Virus record (IMG/VR): IMGVR_UViG_3300033144_002959
Location: 1-64,000 of that record
From: a virus
Length of the DNA: 64,000 bases
Strand: one strand, 5' to 3'
In this document: positions 9,873 to 19,349 of the stretch, piece after piece
Position numbering within the stretch: position 1 is the first letter of the stretch
How the letters are laid out: the number at the start of each line of letters is the position of its first letter
Notes under the pieces: generated by a model
The model's input: the letters and a program-made list of their open reading frames with translations, nothing else
The model's database searches: none
Told to the model about the DNA's origin: nothing
Translations under genes and position numbers: made by a program

Positions 9873-10169
9873 CTACTTGGATTCCTGCTGTGCTTCCTCA
9901 ACTACGTCTGCCAGTTTTTTGTCAGCCCATTCCTGACAGATTTTGAAATCCTCTTCGATCCTATCTTGCTGTGACGGTAGCACCAACCACACTTCAAATT
10001 TCGCCGACTCGTAGTTGCCAAGGTTCATCGTATGCCCGACCTTAAATCCAACCACTGTGCCATCGGTTTCGACTGCACCCGTGGTTGATTTTTTCACGGT
10101 CTCAATGTTCTCGCCTTTCTTTTTAACAGTCGTCGTGCCTTCACCCTTCGACTTAATTTTTACAGTCAT
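9873..10169 (-). CDS. conserved phage hypothetical protein
   Basis: GGAGG RBS; TMNLGNYES motif recalled from phage proteins. Confidence 0.7.
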   Translation of the reverse strand: MTVKIKSKGEGTTTVKKKGENIETVKKSTTGAVETDGTVVGFKVGHTMNLGNYESAKFEVWLVLPSQQDRIEEDFKICQEWADKKLADVVEEAQQESK

Positions 10170-10192
10170 GTCTTCCTCCGTGCCGATCAAGC

Positions 10193-10221
10193 ACCGTACG
10201 TTATGAGTAACAGATTGTCAA
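10193..10221 (-). promoter_or_regulatory. sigma70-like promoter
   Basis: TTGACA-N17-TACGGT. Confidence 0.55.
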
Positions 10222-10222
10222 A

Positions 10223-10675
10223 TCACCAGTTAGCGTGAACCGTGTCCACAACTTTCTGCAATCTATCTTCGTAATTTTTTGCATACCGGTATTTTTCAAT
10301 GCAGTCCACCAGCCGCTGCATCAGCTTAATCTGTGGCTTCGTATAGAACCTGTGCACCTGTTCAGTGTTCTCCGGCACCCAACCTTTACGCACCCACGAA
10401 CGCAGCGCATCGGGCGACTTACCCAGCAACTCAGCTGCCGCCGATACTCGGTAAACCTCGACACCATCACGTATAACGCTGGTCTCTTGAACACCGCCAC
10501 GGGCCTTACGCCGCTCACGAGTTTCCCTCGCTTGCGCCTTTATCCGATCACGATATTCAGGATCGTTTGCGTAACGCTCTTTGCGTTTATCATTGTAACC
10601 AGCGCCCTTCGACTCGTACCATTTACGGTATGTCTTTCGTTGCCGTGCCTCTGGAGTAATTTCTTGTTCAGCCAT
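10223..10675 (-). CDS. MerR-like HTH DNA-binding protein
   Basis: VSAAAELLGKSPDALRSWVRKG...HRFYT. Confidence 0.75.
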   Translation of the reverse strand: MAEQEITPEARQRKTYRKWYESKGAGYNDKRKERYANDPEYRDRIKAQARETRERRKARGGVQETSVIRDGVEVYRVSAAAELLGKSPDALRSWVRKGWVPENTEQVHRFYTKPQIKLMQRLVDCIEKYRYAKNYEDRLQKVVDTVHANW

Positions 10676-11981
10676 AACTGACTTCCTTAATTTCTGCACC
10701 AATTTCGTGATACCACTTCAACCGTGTTGTCCCAAAGTTCTGATAAATTTTTAACGGGTCAACCAGATCAAGCACCAATGGTGTCGGCTTATTCGGGTGC
10801 TCTCTCAGTACCCGGCCAACAATCTGCACAACGTTTGCTTTCGGTGTCGCCATGACCATCGTATCCAGCCACGGAATATCAGTAGCTTCAGACGTGTAAG
10901 CATACGTTGCCAATATAACCGGCTTACCTTTCGCCACTTCCCGCTCAGCCTTTGTCAAACCACCAACATAGTACGACATCGCTTTCGCTGGCACCCCCAC
11001 CTTTTTTATCGCCGAATTCAAGTAGTCCAAATGATCCAGCGAATCAGAAAACACAATACAAATTCTGCCCATGTCATACGCTTTCTTAACGAACTTCGCG
11101 ATGAAATGGTTTCGCTTCAGATCGTGCCCCAGCATTCGGGTCACATGACCCATCGCCTTACCGTTGTACTTCAGGCCCTTCGGAAATTTCGCATTCGTCT
11201 TGACCCGCATAATATTCGGTATCAATTGAAGCACTTTCGTTCTCACCTTCACCGTGCCGATGTGGGCATGGATCAATGCTTCCTTTCCGTCCCGCCGCCA
11301 CGGTGTTGCACTCAACCCCCAGCGTCGTTTCGAAGGCAACAACCAGCACGTATTCGAAAACACATCAGCGCCGACTCGGTGCACTTCATCCCAAATCGTC
11401 AGGCCAATATCGTTAAACGTGTTCTGCGAATATCGACCCCCTATCGACAAACTCTGAATCATGCCTATGACAAACTTTTTACCCAGCACTTCACATTGAT
11501 CGCCCTGAATAAATCCAATCTCATTATGTGCCAACCCCAGCTCTCGCCGCGCCTCATCGTACCAATGGTCTCGCGCATCTTCTTTGGTAACCACGACCAG
11601 CGTTTTCAATTTAACCCTCGCGACAACTGCCAGTGCGCAAGGTGTCTTACCAAATCCAGTCGGAGCCTCGGTAATAAAACTCTGCCCCTTGATCAATCGT
11701 CGCGCAGATTCATCAACGATCCGTGACTGCTCTTCATTGCGTGCTTCAAATAAGCAATCGAAATTTGTGTGACTTCCAACCACCCGCAAATCATTCGGAC
11801 CTATCGGGCAAAGCCTTCTCGGCAGTGCGATCTTTTTCGCCTTGTCTTTGCCGAATACGCGATACATAAAATACGTATCGTCAAATCGGGACACGGCGGT
11901 AAACTGTTCAGCTAGAAATTCACTGTACGGGTAAACCGCCGATGCCCCTGTGGACAATGGATCATTGCCCAAGTGTTGCAC
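10668..11981 (-). CDS. superfamily II DNA helicase (UvsW/D10-like)
   Basis: APTGFGKT, DEVH, LSATP, QIVGRVLR. Confidence 0.9.
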   Translation of the reverse strand: MQHLGNDPLSTGASAVYPYSEFLAEQFTAVSRFDDTYFMYRVFGKDKAKKIALPRRLCPIGPNDLRVVGSHTNFDCLFEARNEEQSRIVDESARRLIKGQSFITEAPTGFGKTPCALAVVARVKLKTLVVVTKEDARDHWYDEARRELGLAHNEIGFIQGDQCEVLGKKFVIGMIQSLSIGGRYSQNTFNDIGLTIWDEVHRVGADVFSNTCWLLPSKRRWGLSATPWRRDGKEALIHAHIGTVKVRTKVLQLIPNIMRVKTNAKFPKGLKYNGKAMGHVTRMLGHDLKRNHFIAKFVKKAYDMGRICIVFSDSLDHLDYLNSAIKKVGVPAKAMSYYVGGLTKAEREVAKGKPVILATYAYTSEATDIPWLDTMVMATPKANVVQIVGRVLREHPNKPTPLVLDLVDPLKIYQNFGTTRLKWYHEIGAEIKEVSYG

Positions 11982-12739
11982 TAGATATCTTCCTCATCAG
12001 CGTCATCGCCGAAGCTGAATCCACCCTCTTCCTCTTCACTTTTGCTGTCTTCATCGAAATCGAAATCGGCATCTTCAAGACCGGGTTCATCACCGACTTT
12101 TTCGGCTTTACCAAAACCCATTTCTCTGAGTTCCTTTGGCGTTTTGAATCCCAAAATCTCTTCGTAATCGAAAGCCTCCGCGCCATCGAATTTATTCCCG
12201 ATAGCTTTCAATGGATTTTTCGTTACGTAATCGAACACTGATCCGACAGCTGCTGACTGATCTTCGTCAACCCGGCCAACATCGAATGTTACCCCGGCCA
12301 ATCCCTTACGTTTTACTGCCTGCATTTCCAGCAACTTTTGCGTTGCTCTTTTTGCAATCAGCAGGGACACGACGTCTTTATGCACGACGCCTTCGCGATC
12401 CTTAAACTTCGTATGATCGATCACGGTAAACGCTGCAACCAGTGCAGGCGTCTTGCCCTCTTCGCAGATTGGACACGGCTCATCTTCGTTACCGGTGCAA
12501 ACGAAAAAGTTGCGCCAATGACCATTCAGGTACAGGTTGTGCTCATAGTACATGGTCATGTTCAACTCGCCATCAACCAACTCGCCATCGAGAAACGTGA
12601 CTCTACGTTCAGCACCACGCTTCAACCAGAACCGACGTATTTCGTTATCTTTTTCCTCCTTGCGTCGTTCTCTCTCTGCATCGACCCGCACAGTTTCCTT
12701 GCGAGCAGTCTTACCTTTTTTCAAAAAACTAACAGCCAT
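11981..12739 (-). CDS. single-stranded DNA-binding protein (gp32-like)
   Basis: H...C...CPIC zinc motif and very acidic C-terminal tail. Confidence 0.8.
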   Translation of the reverse strand: MAVSFLKKGKTARKETVRVDAERERRKEEKDNEIRRFWLKRGAERRVTFLDGELVDGELNMTMYYEHNLYLNGHWRNFFVCTGNEDEPCPICEEGKTPALVAAFTVIDHTKFKDREGVVHKDVVSLLIAKRATQKLLEMQAVKRKGLAGVTFDVGRVDEDQSAAVGSVFDYVTKNPLKAIGNKFDGAEAFDYEEILGFKTPKELREMGFGKAEKVGDEPGLEDADFDFDEDSKSEEEEGGFSFGDDADEEDI

Positions 12740-12785
12740 TTCGGCCTCCTACTTGTTTACATTGATCCCATAATTGGGACCGCGA

Positions 12786-12814
12786 AATTTACCAGACTGA
12801 TTACAGATTGTCAA
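12786..12814 (-). promoter_or_regulatory. sigma70-like promoter
   Basis: TTGACA-N17-TAAATT, overlapping the last primase codons. Confidence 0.7.
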
Positions 12815-13775
12815 ATTTTATGTGCGCCTTCAATGCTTGCTTTATCGAAACCGGATTCATGTTGCCGGGATCACCAAACGCTTTATTCGGAATCACGTGC
12901 ACGTACGGTGACTGCATTACTTTATCGATCCGGTCCCGCGCATGATTGCCGCCAGTACCATGATCAAAAAATGTCACGTACTGAACACCGTCATCAATCC
13001 GTTTGACCTTGTTATCGTTGAACCCGGAACTCAACGGGCACATCACGTTCTGATACACCCGGTACACCGCCGCCAGATCGAACACCGACTCGACCAGCAC
13101 AATCGTCTGATCCAAATCGACCCAGCTCTCACCGAGCCACGGCATTTTATTTCGTCGGTTCTCATACCCATACTGGTAATACGGCATCGGGTGATCGGTG
13201 ATTGTTCGACCATGTAGTCCAATCAATTGGTCGCCCCAATCGCGGATCGGAAAACAGACCCGCTGGCGACTCGTGTCAAAACGCAAATCGAGAAACTTAG
13301 CTGTCGGCTCATCGATCTGTCGGGTACTCAAATACGCAATTGCTTTCTCAAATGCGAACACCGACTTGAATGATTGTAAATAAAATTCCGGCCAGTACAC
13401 GACCTCTTCAGGATCGTAAATCGGCTCATCATAATCCGGCACATCAATGTCCAGCTCATCCTCTTCATCAGCAACCAACACTTCCAGTGCCTTGCTAATC
13501 TGGTACTTGACGTTTTTCTTTTGTTTGTAATGGTCGCGAACTTCGAACACCAGATCATCGACCGCCCCAGCCTCACCACAGCTGAAGCAATTATAAATTT
13601 GAGTTTTCCCCGGCTTGTAATGCTGCACTCCGAAACTGGGTTTGTTATCAACTCCAGCATCGTGCGTCCACGGCGCAAAAGGGCAGGTCGCAATGACCCA
13701 CCCTTCCCGGTGCGCTTCGTAATTGACTTGGCTATTCAGGCAGGCCAGCAACTGAGCGATGCGCTCAGTCTTCAT
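12801..13775 (-). CDS. DNA primase (zinc finger + TOPRIM)
   Basis: CPF..H...CFSC zinc finger, LVESVFD, FFDH, DPG. Confidence 0.88.
   Translation of the reverse strand: MKTERIAQLLACLNSQVNYEAHREGWVIATCPFAPWTHDAGVDNKPSFGVQHYKPGKTQIYNCFSCGEAGAVDDLVFEVRDHYKQKKNVKYQISKALEVLVADEEDELDIDVPDYDEPIYDPEEVVYWPEFYLQSFKSVFAFEKAIAYLSTRQIDEPTAKFLDLRFDTSRQRVCFPIRDWGDQLIGLHGRTITDHPMPYYQYGYENRRNKMPWLGESWVDLDQTIVLVESVFDLAAVYRVYQNVMCPLSSGFNDNKVKRIDDGVQYVTFFDHGTGGNHARDRIDKVMQSPYVHVIPNKAFGDPGNMNPVSIKQALKAHIKFDNL
13217..13232. repeat. dispersed quasi-palindrome, 1 mismatch (inside primase)
   Basis: GTCCAATCAATTGGTC. Confidence 0.7.
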
Positions 13776-14229
13776 CGAGATATGTAATCGTCACACTCCG
13801 TGCTTTGGTGCGGTTCTCTTCGGTGATCGATTCAAACTGATCCGGGGTCAGGTACTTGCGCAGCTCAGTGATACTGAACCCCATCAACTTCCACGCCAGA
13901 CCTTTCTCAACGCTCTCCAGCAACTTGAATGCCTTCGATGGATCAGTGACTTTGGTCACGACACCGTGCGGGGTAAACGCGGCGACATTTTTTTCAGTCG
14001 TCACCGATACTTCTTTGCCCCGGTCAGTGGTCTCATCAACCAGTGTCTGAACCTCAGAAAATAAAGGCTTCCAGTCTTTCTGGTGAACCTTCACTGCATC
14101 CTGCAACGGGTGCATTACCCGGTGCACCGCGCCCAGCTTATCGACCAACTTGTTGATCACACTGGGCTTCGCTTTCGTTACTTTCTTTTTCGCCTGCGGT
14201 TTACTTTTCTTTGCAAATTTTACTGCCAT
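13765..14229 (-). CDS. hypothetical protein
   Basis: RBS and own promoter; start at MAVKFAKK. Confidence 0.7.
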   Translation of the reverse strand: MAVKFAKKSKPQAKKKVTKAKPSVINKLVDKLGAVHRVMHPLQDAVKVHQKDWKPLFSEVQTLVDETTDRGKEVSVTTEKNVAAFTPHGVVTKVTDPSKAFKLLESVEKGLAWKLMGFSITELRKYLTPDQFESITEENRTKARSVTITYLDED

Positions 14230-14254
14230 GATCCTTTCCTCCATGCTTTCTACC

Positions 14255-14283
14255 AGTTTACGCTCGTGGTGCTGCATTGTCAA
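14255..14283 (-). promoter_or_regulatory. sigma70-like promoter
   Basis: TTGACA-N17-TAAACT. Confidence 0.75.
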
Positions 14284-14285
14284 AT

Positions 14286-14322
14286 AAAAAGAGGGCACCC
14301 AAGTCAATCAAGGTGCCCCCCC
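14286..14322 (-). terminator. intrinsic terminator
   Basis: GGGCACC...GGTGCCC stem followed by TCTTTTT. Confidence 0.75.
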
Positions 14323-14363
14323 GTTAGCCCGGACTCCACTGCGGAACCGGGTGGTGGTGTTTC

Positions 14364-14783
14364 TTACGCGGCTTTCTTCGGAGTCATGACGCCATCCTTG
14401 TAGTCAGCCACGATGGTTGCCTTTTTCATTTCGGCATCCCAGTCGGCTTCCATGTCCTCTCGGTGAGTGAACGTGACGCCTCCGTCTATACCGCTGACGC
14501 TGTAGTCCGACCAGAGACCGGGATCAAATCGGTGAATGATCACCGTGATTACATCACCCGATGGGGCCGTTGATTCCTCTTTACCGAAATCCTTCCAACT
14601 CGCTAGTGCCTCCGACACATCAAAACTGTACTCCAGCTCTTCAGCGAAAAACTCGGCAGGCGATTTCGGCTCTGGAAGGTTCGCGTTTCTAATCGCTTCA
14701 TACAGGGAATTAGCAGCACCCCAGTAGTGATTGCTCGCGGTCACAATCCAGACAACGTCGCTACGATCAATGTCGCTTGACAT
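14364..14783 (-). CDS. hypothetical protein
   Basis: GGAGG RBS; lies between a consensus promoter and a terminator. Confidence 0.7.
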   Translation of the reverse strand: MSSDIDRSDVVWIVTASNHYWGAANSLYEAIRNANLPEPKSPAEFFAEELEYSFDVSEALASWKDFGKEESTAPSGDVITVIIHRFDPGLWSDYSVSGIDGGVTFTHREDMEADWDAEMKKATIVADYKDGVMTPKKAA

Positions 14784-14896
14784 AGTTCTTTCCTCCATGT
14801 TGTTAAAGAACAATGTCAGCGGGGCACCCGGCTGGCTTTCATTATCTTGGCTACCAGTGGCCATCAACTCGCGAGCAAAACCCCCGCTCACGCTTC

Positions 14897-14925
14897 ATTA
14901 TAACATAGTGGATAACGTTTGTCAA
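14897..14925 (-). promoter_or_regulatory. consensus sigma70 promoter with extended -10
   Basis: TTGACA-N17-TATAAT with TG at -15/-14. Confidence 0.9.
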
Positions 14926-14926
14926 A

Positions 14927-15082
14927 TCAGCTTCGGCCCAGTTTTGCCTTCACCCATGCGACAACCTTGTCATAATTGTCCTTCACAATCTTGGGCTGTG
15001 GCAATACATTCCAGCCAACCAGTAACCCTGCTCCGCCGTAAACAACGAATGCGCCTAACTGTTCAAGTAGCCATCCCAACAT
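14927..15082 (-). CDS. small membrane protein (51 aa, not in ORF track)
   Basis: AGGAG RBS; MLGWLLEQLGAFVVYGGAGLLVGWNVLPQPKIVK... Confidence 0.7.
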   Translation of the reverse strand: MLGWLLEQLGAFVVYGGAGLLVGWNVLPQPKIVKDNYDKVVAWVKAKLGRS

Positions 15083-15091
15083 TTTATTCTC

Positions 15092-15376
15092 CTAGAGTTT
15101 CGCGATTACGTCGCGTACAAACTGCGTGAACTTATCATCAACCTCGTCAATTTCTTCCTCGTTATCGTCAATCTCGCCATCATGACGTTCAATAGCCGAA
15201 GCGTGCTGTGTCAACAGCGTCGAGGCTTCCGAATTACCGGTCACAATACTTGCAACCTCTTCCTGTACGATACCACGCACCCACGCGCCAGCTGCAAAAT
15301 ACAAAATCACCCCAGCCAACCCAGCAATAGTTGCAAGAGGTGCCGCGACTACCCGCAACGAATTAAAATAGCTCAT
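15092..15376 (-). CDS. membrane-anchored coiled-coil protein
   Basis: N-terminal TM helix; ATGA overlap with the upstream gene. Confidence 0.65.
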   Translation of the reverse strand: MSYFNSLRVVAAPLATIAGLAGVILYFAAGAWVRGIVQEEVASIVTGNSEASTLLTQHASAIERHDGEIDDNEEEIDEVDDKFTQFVRDVIAKL

Positions 15377-16206
15377 TGCTTGGTAGGTTCGGTTAGATAC
15401 GTCGCTGTCAGTTCCGTTTTCCATTCTTCACGCTCCTGTTCTTCGCGGCGCACTCGCTCCGCATTAGCGTCCAACCTAGCCTCAAGACTATCAACTCGAT
15501 CATCCACCTTCGCCACAGCATTCTCGACATTGAGCATTATTTCTTCATCTACAATCTCAAGCTGTTGCTCGGTTACGTAAACCTCAGTGACAGTAGGTTC
15601 TGGGGGTGGCGGTATTTCTTCTCGCCTTTCGGCAACAACAACCACCGGCAATTCCATATGACGCTTGCCGCCAAACTCAAACCCGACCGAGGCTTTAACT
15701 GCTGTCTCGTCGCCAGCGAAGCCAACCGCAACTGTCAGAGCTGTGTTCCGTTCGTTGTCCAGCATGTAGGCATAACCGACGCCATACCCAGACCTGTTAT
15801 TGATCCGTGACCCGCTAAAAGTAATTCGAGAAGTTTGGTCTTGTGGCAAGTGAACTTGCATGGCGGCTTCGGCTGCGGCGGCATCACGATACGACTGTAT
15901 CCACTTGTTGTGAATATTGAACGTATTATTCGTATTCGTAATCCACTCGATAGGCACTTCGCCCGGTGGGCCTTGTGGCCCCGGCGGACCCTGCTCACCG
16001 TCTTTACCATCCTGACCATCAGCACCGTCCTCACCCGGTGGACCCTGCGGTCCCGGTGGTCCCGGCTCATTGCAGTGATGTGGATTACCTTTGCAGTCCT
16101 TATCCTTGTCAGCAAAAGCCACACCGCTGGTTACAAAAAGATAAATGACCACCGCTGTCAGAGTAAAGAACAACAATTTTACACCGCCACTTAGTCTCAT
16201 GCCCAT
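15373..16206 (-). CDS. secreted collagen-repeat protein with YadA-anchor-like domain and C-terminal coiled coil
   Basis: Signal peptide (AFA), G-X-Y repeats, helix plus 4 beta-strands ending VGFEF, then ~97 aa Pro/Glu-rich tail. Confidence 0.65.
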   Translation of the reverse strand: MGMRLSGGVKLLFFTLTAVVIYLFVTSGVAFADKDKDCKGNPHHCNEPGPPGPQGPPGEDGADGQDGKDGEQGPPGPQGPPGEVPIEWITNTNNTFNIHNKWIQSYRDAAAAEAAMQVHLPQDQTSRITFSGSRINNRSGYGVGYAYMLDNERNTALTVAVGFAGDETAVKASVGFEFGGKRHMELPVVVVAERREEIPPPPEPTVTEVYVTEQQLEIVDEEIMLNVENAVAKVDDRVDSLEARLDANAERVRREEQEREEWKTELTATYLTEPTKQ

Positions 16207-16243
16207 CCCCTCATTTCGTGAAGAAGGATTCTGCCACTACCGA

Positions 16244-16380
16244 GCAGGGCCTTCCACCCCATTCGCCGGGTTTGTGGTTTTATACTCCCACGAGTTAGCC
16301 GTTGCCGACTAGGTAGCCACCGGACTATTGCCTACGTGTCTTAACCAATACAGGGATTCGGGCACGTAGGCTCAGGGCCT
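16244..16380 (-). ncRNA. candidate structured RNA / 5' leader
   Basis: GCCTACGTG/CACGTAGGC 9-bp stem, TAGTCG-GCAA-CGGCTA GNRA hairpin, CCGG/CCGG closing helix. Confidence 0.4.
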
Positions 16381-16396
16381 GTCCAATCAATTGGAC
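16381..16396. repeat. dispersed 16-bp quasi-palindrome
   Basis: GTCCAATCAATTGGAC exact, just after a stop codon. Confidence 0.9.
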
Positions 16397-16398
16397 GA

Positions 16399-16722
16399 TC
16401 ACCCGCTGCGCTCGTCACGAATAAATTTGCTGACTGCACTAACAACTTCACCGACTGCCTCGCCATGCACAAACTGTCTGCTTCCCTCTGGCGGCGGACC
16501 TGCCAGCCCTTTCAGTACTTCACCCACATTGACACCGTGTGCCAACCATCGATCATAGTGCCCCTGCATGTTTTGCGAGAAATCCAAGTACGGGTGAACC
16601 TCACCATTCGGATGCAGCCAATACTGCCACGGAATTTCATGGCGCATCAGGCAAAAGCAATCGATCACTTCGACCAACGCCGAATAGCCGGGGTTCGTCA
16701 TTCGTTCTAACCTTTCACGCAT
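16399..16722 (-). CDS. hypothetical protein
   Basis: ORF coupled to rtcB. Confidence 0.55.
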   Translation of the reverse strand: MRERLERMTNPGYSALVEVIDCFCLMRHEIPWQYWLHPNGEVHPYLDFSQNMQGHYDRWLAHGVNVGEVLKGLAGPPPEGSRQFVHGEAVGEVVSAVSKFIRDERSG

Positions 16723-17897
16723 ACCACTGCCTTCAACGTATGATGAATTTCGACCAAATCTTTTTGTGCTTCCATCACCGCATCAATATCTTTGTACGCT
16801 GCCGGAGATTCATCGAGCATATCTTTATCCTTGCGACACTCTACGCCTTCCGTTGCCTTTGCATGATCCTCCAGCGTGATCGTTTTCTTGGCCTCCGTAC
16901 GTGACATACGACGACCGGCACCGTGGCTGCACGAGTCCAGAGAATTAGGCGTCTGATCTGTGCCCTTCACAATGTAACTCTTCGCACCCATTGAACCGGG
17001 AATAATCCCGTACGTATCCGGGGCGCATCGCACCGCACCTTTGCGCGTGACCCACAACGGAGTGCCGAAATGATTTTCCTGATTCACGTAATTGTGGTGA
17101 CAGTCAATCGCTGCCCCGGAAATCAGCATGTCAGAAAAGTTCTCCAGCATCGCATCCAGCACCAGTGACACCATCACCGCCCGGTTGCTAAACGCATAGC
17201 TCTGCGCCCACTGCACCGCATACACGTAATCATTGAACAGCTTCGTATTAGCAGTCAGGTACGCAAGGTCTTTGTCAGGTAGATTTATATCCAACCGCAA
17301 CATATCTTCTTTGGCCTTCTGAATAAAATACCGGCCAATGATGTTGCCGATGCCCCGGCTCCCTGAGTGCAGCATCACCCAAACCATATCCTCTTCGTCC
17401 AAACACACTTCGATAAAATGGTTCCCGCCGCCCAGCGTCCCAGTTTGAAATCGACACTTGTCCCACGGGTTGCCCTTGATCATAGTCTTAACCTTGGGAT
17501 GCGCCGACATAATGTGACTCAAGCCTTTCAGGTACGCATCATCCTTCACGTATCTCGGACGCTCGCTATGCTGATTAAACCCCACCGGCACCCGCTCTTC
17601 GATTGCTGAGCGCACTGCGCTAAGACTATCCGGCAACCAGCTGGCTTGAATGTTTGTACGTACCGCCAACATGCCGCAACCAATATCGACGCCAACAGCA
17701 GCCGGGATCACCACGTCTTTGGTCGCGACCACCGAGCCAACTGTCGCACCGATTCCCCAATGCACGTCTGGCATCACGCAAATCGCCTTAACGAAATCTA
17801 GGCTGGCCATATTCATTACCTGATCCCGAGCCTGATCTTCAAACTCAACCCCGTTCGCCCACGACCGTACCTTGCCCTCAAAAAATTCTTTGTACAT
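16707..17897 (-). CDS. rtcB: RNA 3'-phosphate/5'-OH ligase RtcB
   Basis: MPDVH, GVDIGCG, GTLGGGNHFIE, HSGSRG, HHN, HGAGR, DESPAAYK. Confidence 0.97.
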   Translation of the reverse strand: MYKEFFEGKVRSWANGVEFEDQARDQVMNMASLDFVKAICVMPDVHWGIGATVGSVVATKDVVIPAAVGVDIGCGMLAVRTNIQASWLPDSLSAVRSAIEERVPVGFNQHSERPRYVKDDAYLKGLSHIMSAHPKVKTMIKGNPWDKCRFQTGTLGGGNHFIEVCLDEEDMVWVMLHSGSRGIGNIIGRYFIQKAKEDMLRLDINLPDKDLAYLTANTKLFNDYVYAVQWAQSYAFSNRAVMVSLVLDAMLENFSDMLISGAAIDCHHNYVNQENHFGTPLWVTRKGAVRCAPDTYGIIPGSMGAKSYIVKGTDQTPNSLDSCSHGAGRRMSRTEAKKTITLEDHAKATEGVECRKDKDMLDESPAAYKDIDAVMEAQKDLVEIHHTLKAVVCVKG

Positions 17898-18271
17898 TAG
17901 TTTTCCGCTCTCGTAAATTTATGCCCGAGCCTGTTCAGCTCATCGTAAAAAGATTCTTGGCTATGGTGGAGAATTATCCCCTCGCGAGTGAATGCGACCA
18001 TAGCGTGATTCAAATACTGCAACTTCTCGTATCCAACGGTATGCAATATGCAAACCTCTCCGGGCGGTAAATGCGGCACTATCAACTGAATAAAATCTAT
18101 CTCATTATCGTTACCATCGAAGCTAGGCCAGTCACCCGCCTCCGGGTAAATCATTACCGTGTCACCAGACATCCGATGCTCAAGATTTAATTCCAATATC
18201 GTCGCCGCAAACGTCAACGGGTTTTTCACTCGAAAATAATTGCTTCTGGACATCGCTATAAAATCAGGCAC
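17897..18271 (-). CDS. hypothetical protein
   Basis: Coupled ORF; RSNYFRVK and GYEKLQYL motifs. Confidence 0.65.
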   Translation of the reverse strand: MPDFIAMSRSNYFRVKNPLTFAATILELNLEHRMSGDTVMIYPEAGDWPSFDGNDNEIDFIQLIVPHLPPGEVCILHTVGYEKLQYLNHAMVAFTREGIILHHSQESFYDELNRLGHKFTRAEN

Positions 18272-18283
18272 TACTGTAGTCCA

Positions 18284-18673
18284 TTAGCTTGACTCCCCAT
18301 CGTCACCACGAATTCCATACTGCTCACTGGAGTCCTGACCAATAGCCGGGAACACCAATTTGAACCACACAGTTTTCTCTTCCTCTGGCTCCCAATAGGA
18401 CGCAGCAGCTTCGGCCTCTGGGCACTCCACCAGCCACGTAGCCGCGTGATCCGGGTGTAGCGCCACTTCTACGATAGACCCTACCCTTGGCCCGAAATTC
18501 GTATCGTCAACCAGTGGTGACCCCTTAGCGGCCCTCTGATTACGCCACATCACGTACACGATAATCGCCCAGCCCAAATTCGCCGCGATAAAACCTTGCC
18601 ACTCAAACATTACTCTTTCTCCTATCGAATATCCGGCAGCGGAACTCGCCGCGTTTTCATGCTCGTCAGCCAC
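18284..18673 (-). CDS. hypothetical membrane protein (start may be 18610)
   Basis: TM segment near the N-terminus; AGGAG before an internal ATG. Confidence 0.55.
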   Translation of the reverse strand: MADEHENAASSAAGYSIGERVMFEWQGFIAANLGWAIIVYVMWRNQRAAKGSPLVDDTNFGPRVGSIVEVALHPDHAATWLVECPEAEAAASYWEPEEEKTVWFKLVFPAIGQDSSEQYGIRGDDGESS

Positions 18674-18936
18674 TCGGCAAATCGGTCTTCGTAATTTCCG
18701 TGGCCGAACGGTTTATCATTGTTATGGCACCACTGCAAGAATGCGAAAATTTCCTCCCACTCATCCACATACAACTCTTCCTCAAAGCTGGGGAAAATTT
18801 CATTCGGGTCCAGCGTCCCACACTCTTTCGCGCCTCGCGAAATCAACGTGTAATTTCTGTCACCCAGTTTTGTCATCATTACTTTTTTTCCTCCATGCCC
18901 ATGATCCGCTTCATTACGCGGTTCACCCAGTACCAT
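18622..18936 (-). CDS. hypothetical protein (start probably near 18879)
   Basis: ORF coupled to the upstream stop. Confidence 0.55.
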   Translation of the reverse strand: MVLGEPRNEADHGHGGKKVMMTKLGDRNYTLISRGAKECGTLDPNEIFPSFEEELYVDEWEEIFAFLQWCHNNDKPFGHGNYEDRFAEWLTSMKTRRVPLPDIR

Positions 18937-19094
18937 TGATTGCCTGTTAGAAAATCATTGTCTCGGTACTGCTTACAAAGAGACGTCACAAAAACGACGT
19001 CTTCTTCAGCGACCATTTTTCGCTGCAAAAATAATTCCAGCGCAACGATTTCATTTGCTCGTCGCGCCAGAGTTTTATCGTGCGCCTTGGACAA
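18879..19094 (-). CDS. hypothetical protein
   Basis: Abutting ORF. Confidence 0.55.
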   Translation of the reverse strand: MSKAHDKTLARRANEIVALELFLQRKMVAEEDVVFVTSLCKQYRDNDFLTGNQWYWVNRVMKRIMGMEEKK

Positions 19095-19334
19095 TTAGAA
19101 TGCCATTGCGCGAACGTTGGCCATAGCCTTTGTGTTCGCAGCGGAAAGCAGCACGGTCTCACCGTTGGCCGAGATAATCTCGTCAACATAAATGCTGCCG
19201 ATGTCAGGAAAATATCCGTTGGCCTCATCGATCTTGACCATGCGAGTAATGCCCTTTTTGTTGTCGAACATTTCGCCAGTGCGGCCACCCGACATCACAA
19301 GTCGTGCACCTTTTTTCACGTCATTGATTAGCAT
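19095..19334 (-). CDS. hypothetical protein
   Basis: GGAGG RBS. Confidence 0.65.
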   Translation of the reverse strand: MLINDVKKGARLVMSGGRTGEMFDNKKGITRMVKIDEANGYFPDIGSIYVDEIISANGETVLLSAANTKAMANVRAMAF

Positions 19335-19349
19335 TTTTTCCTCCATGTC

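Noticed and set aside
14907-14915. DnaA box (TTATCCACT) in a promoter spacer
   Set aside because: Single one-mismatch 9-mer, expected by chance.
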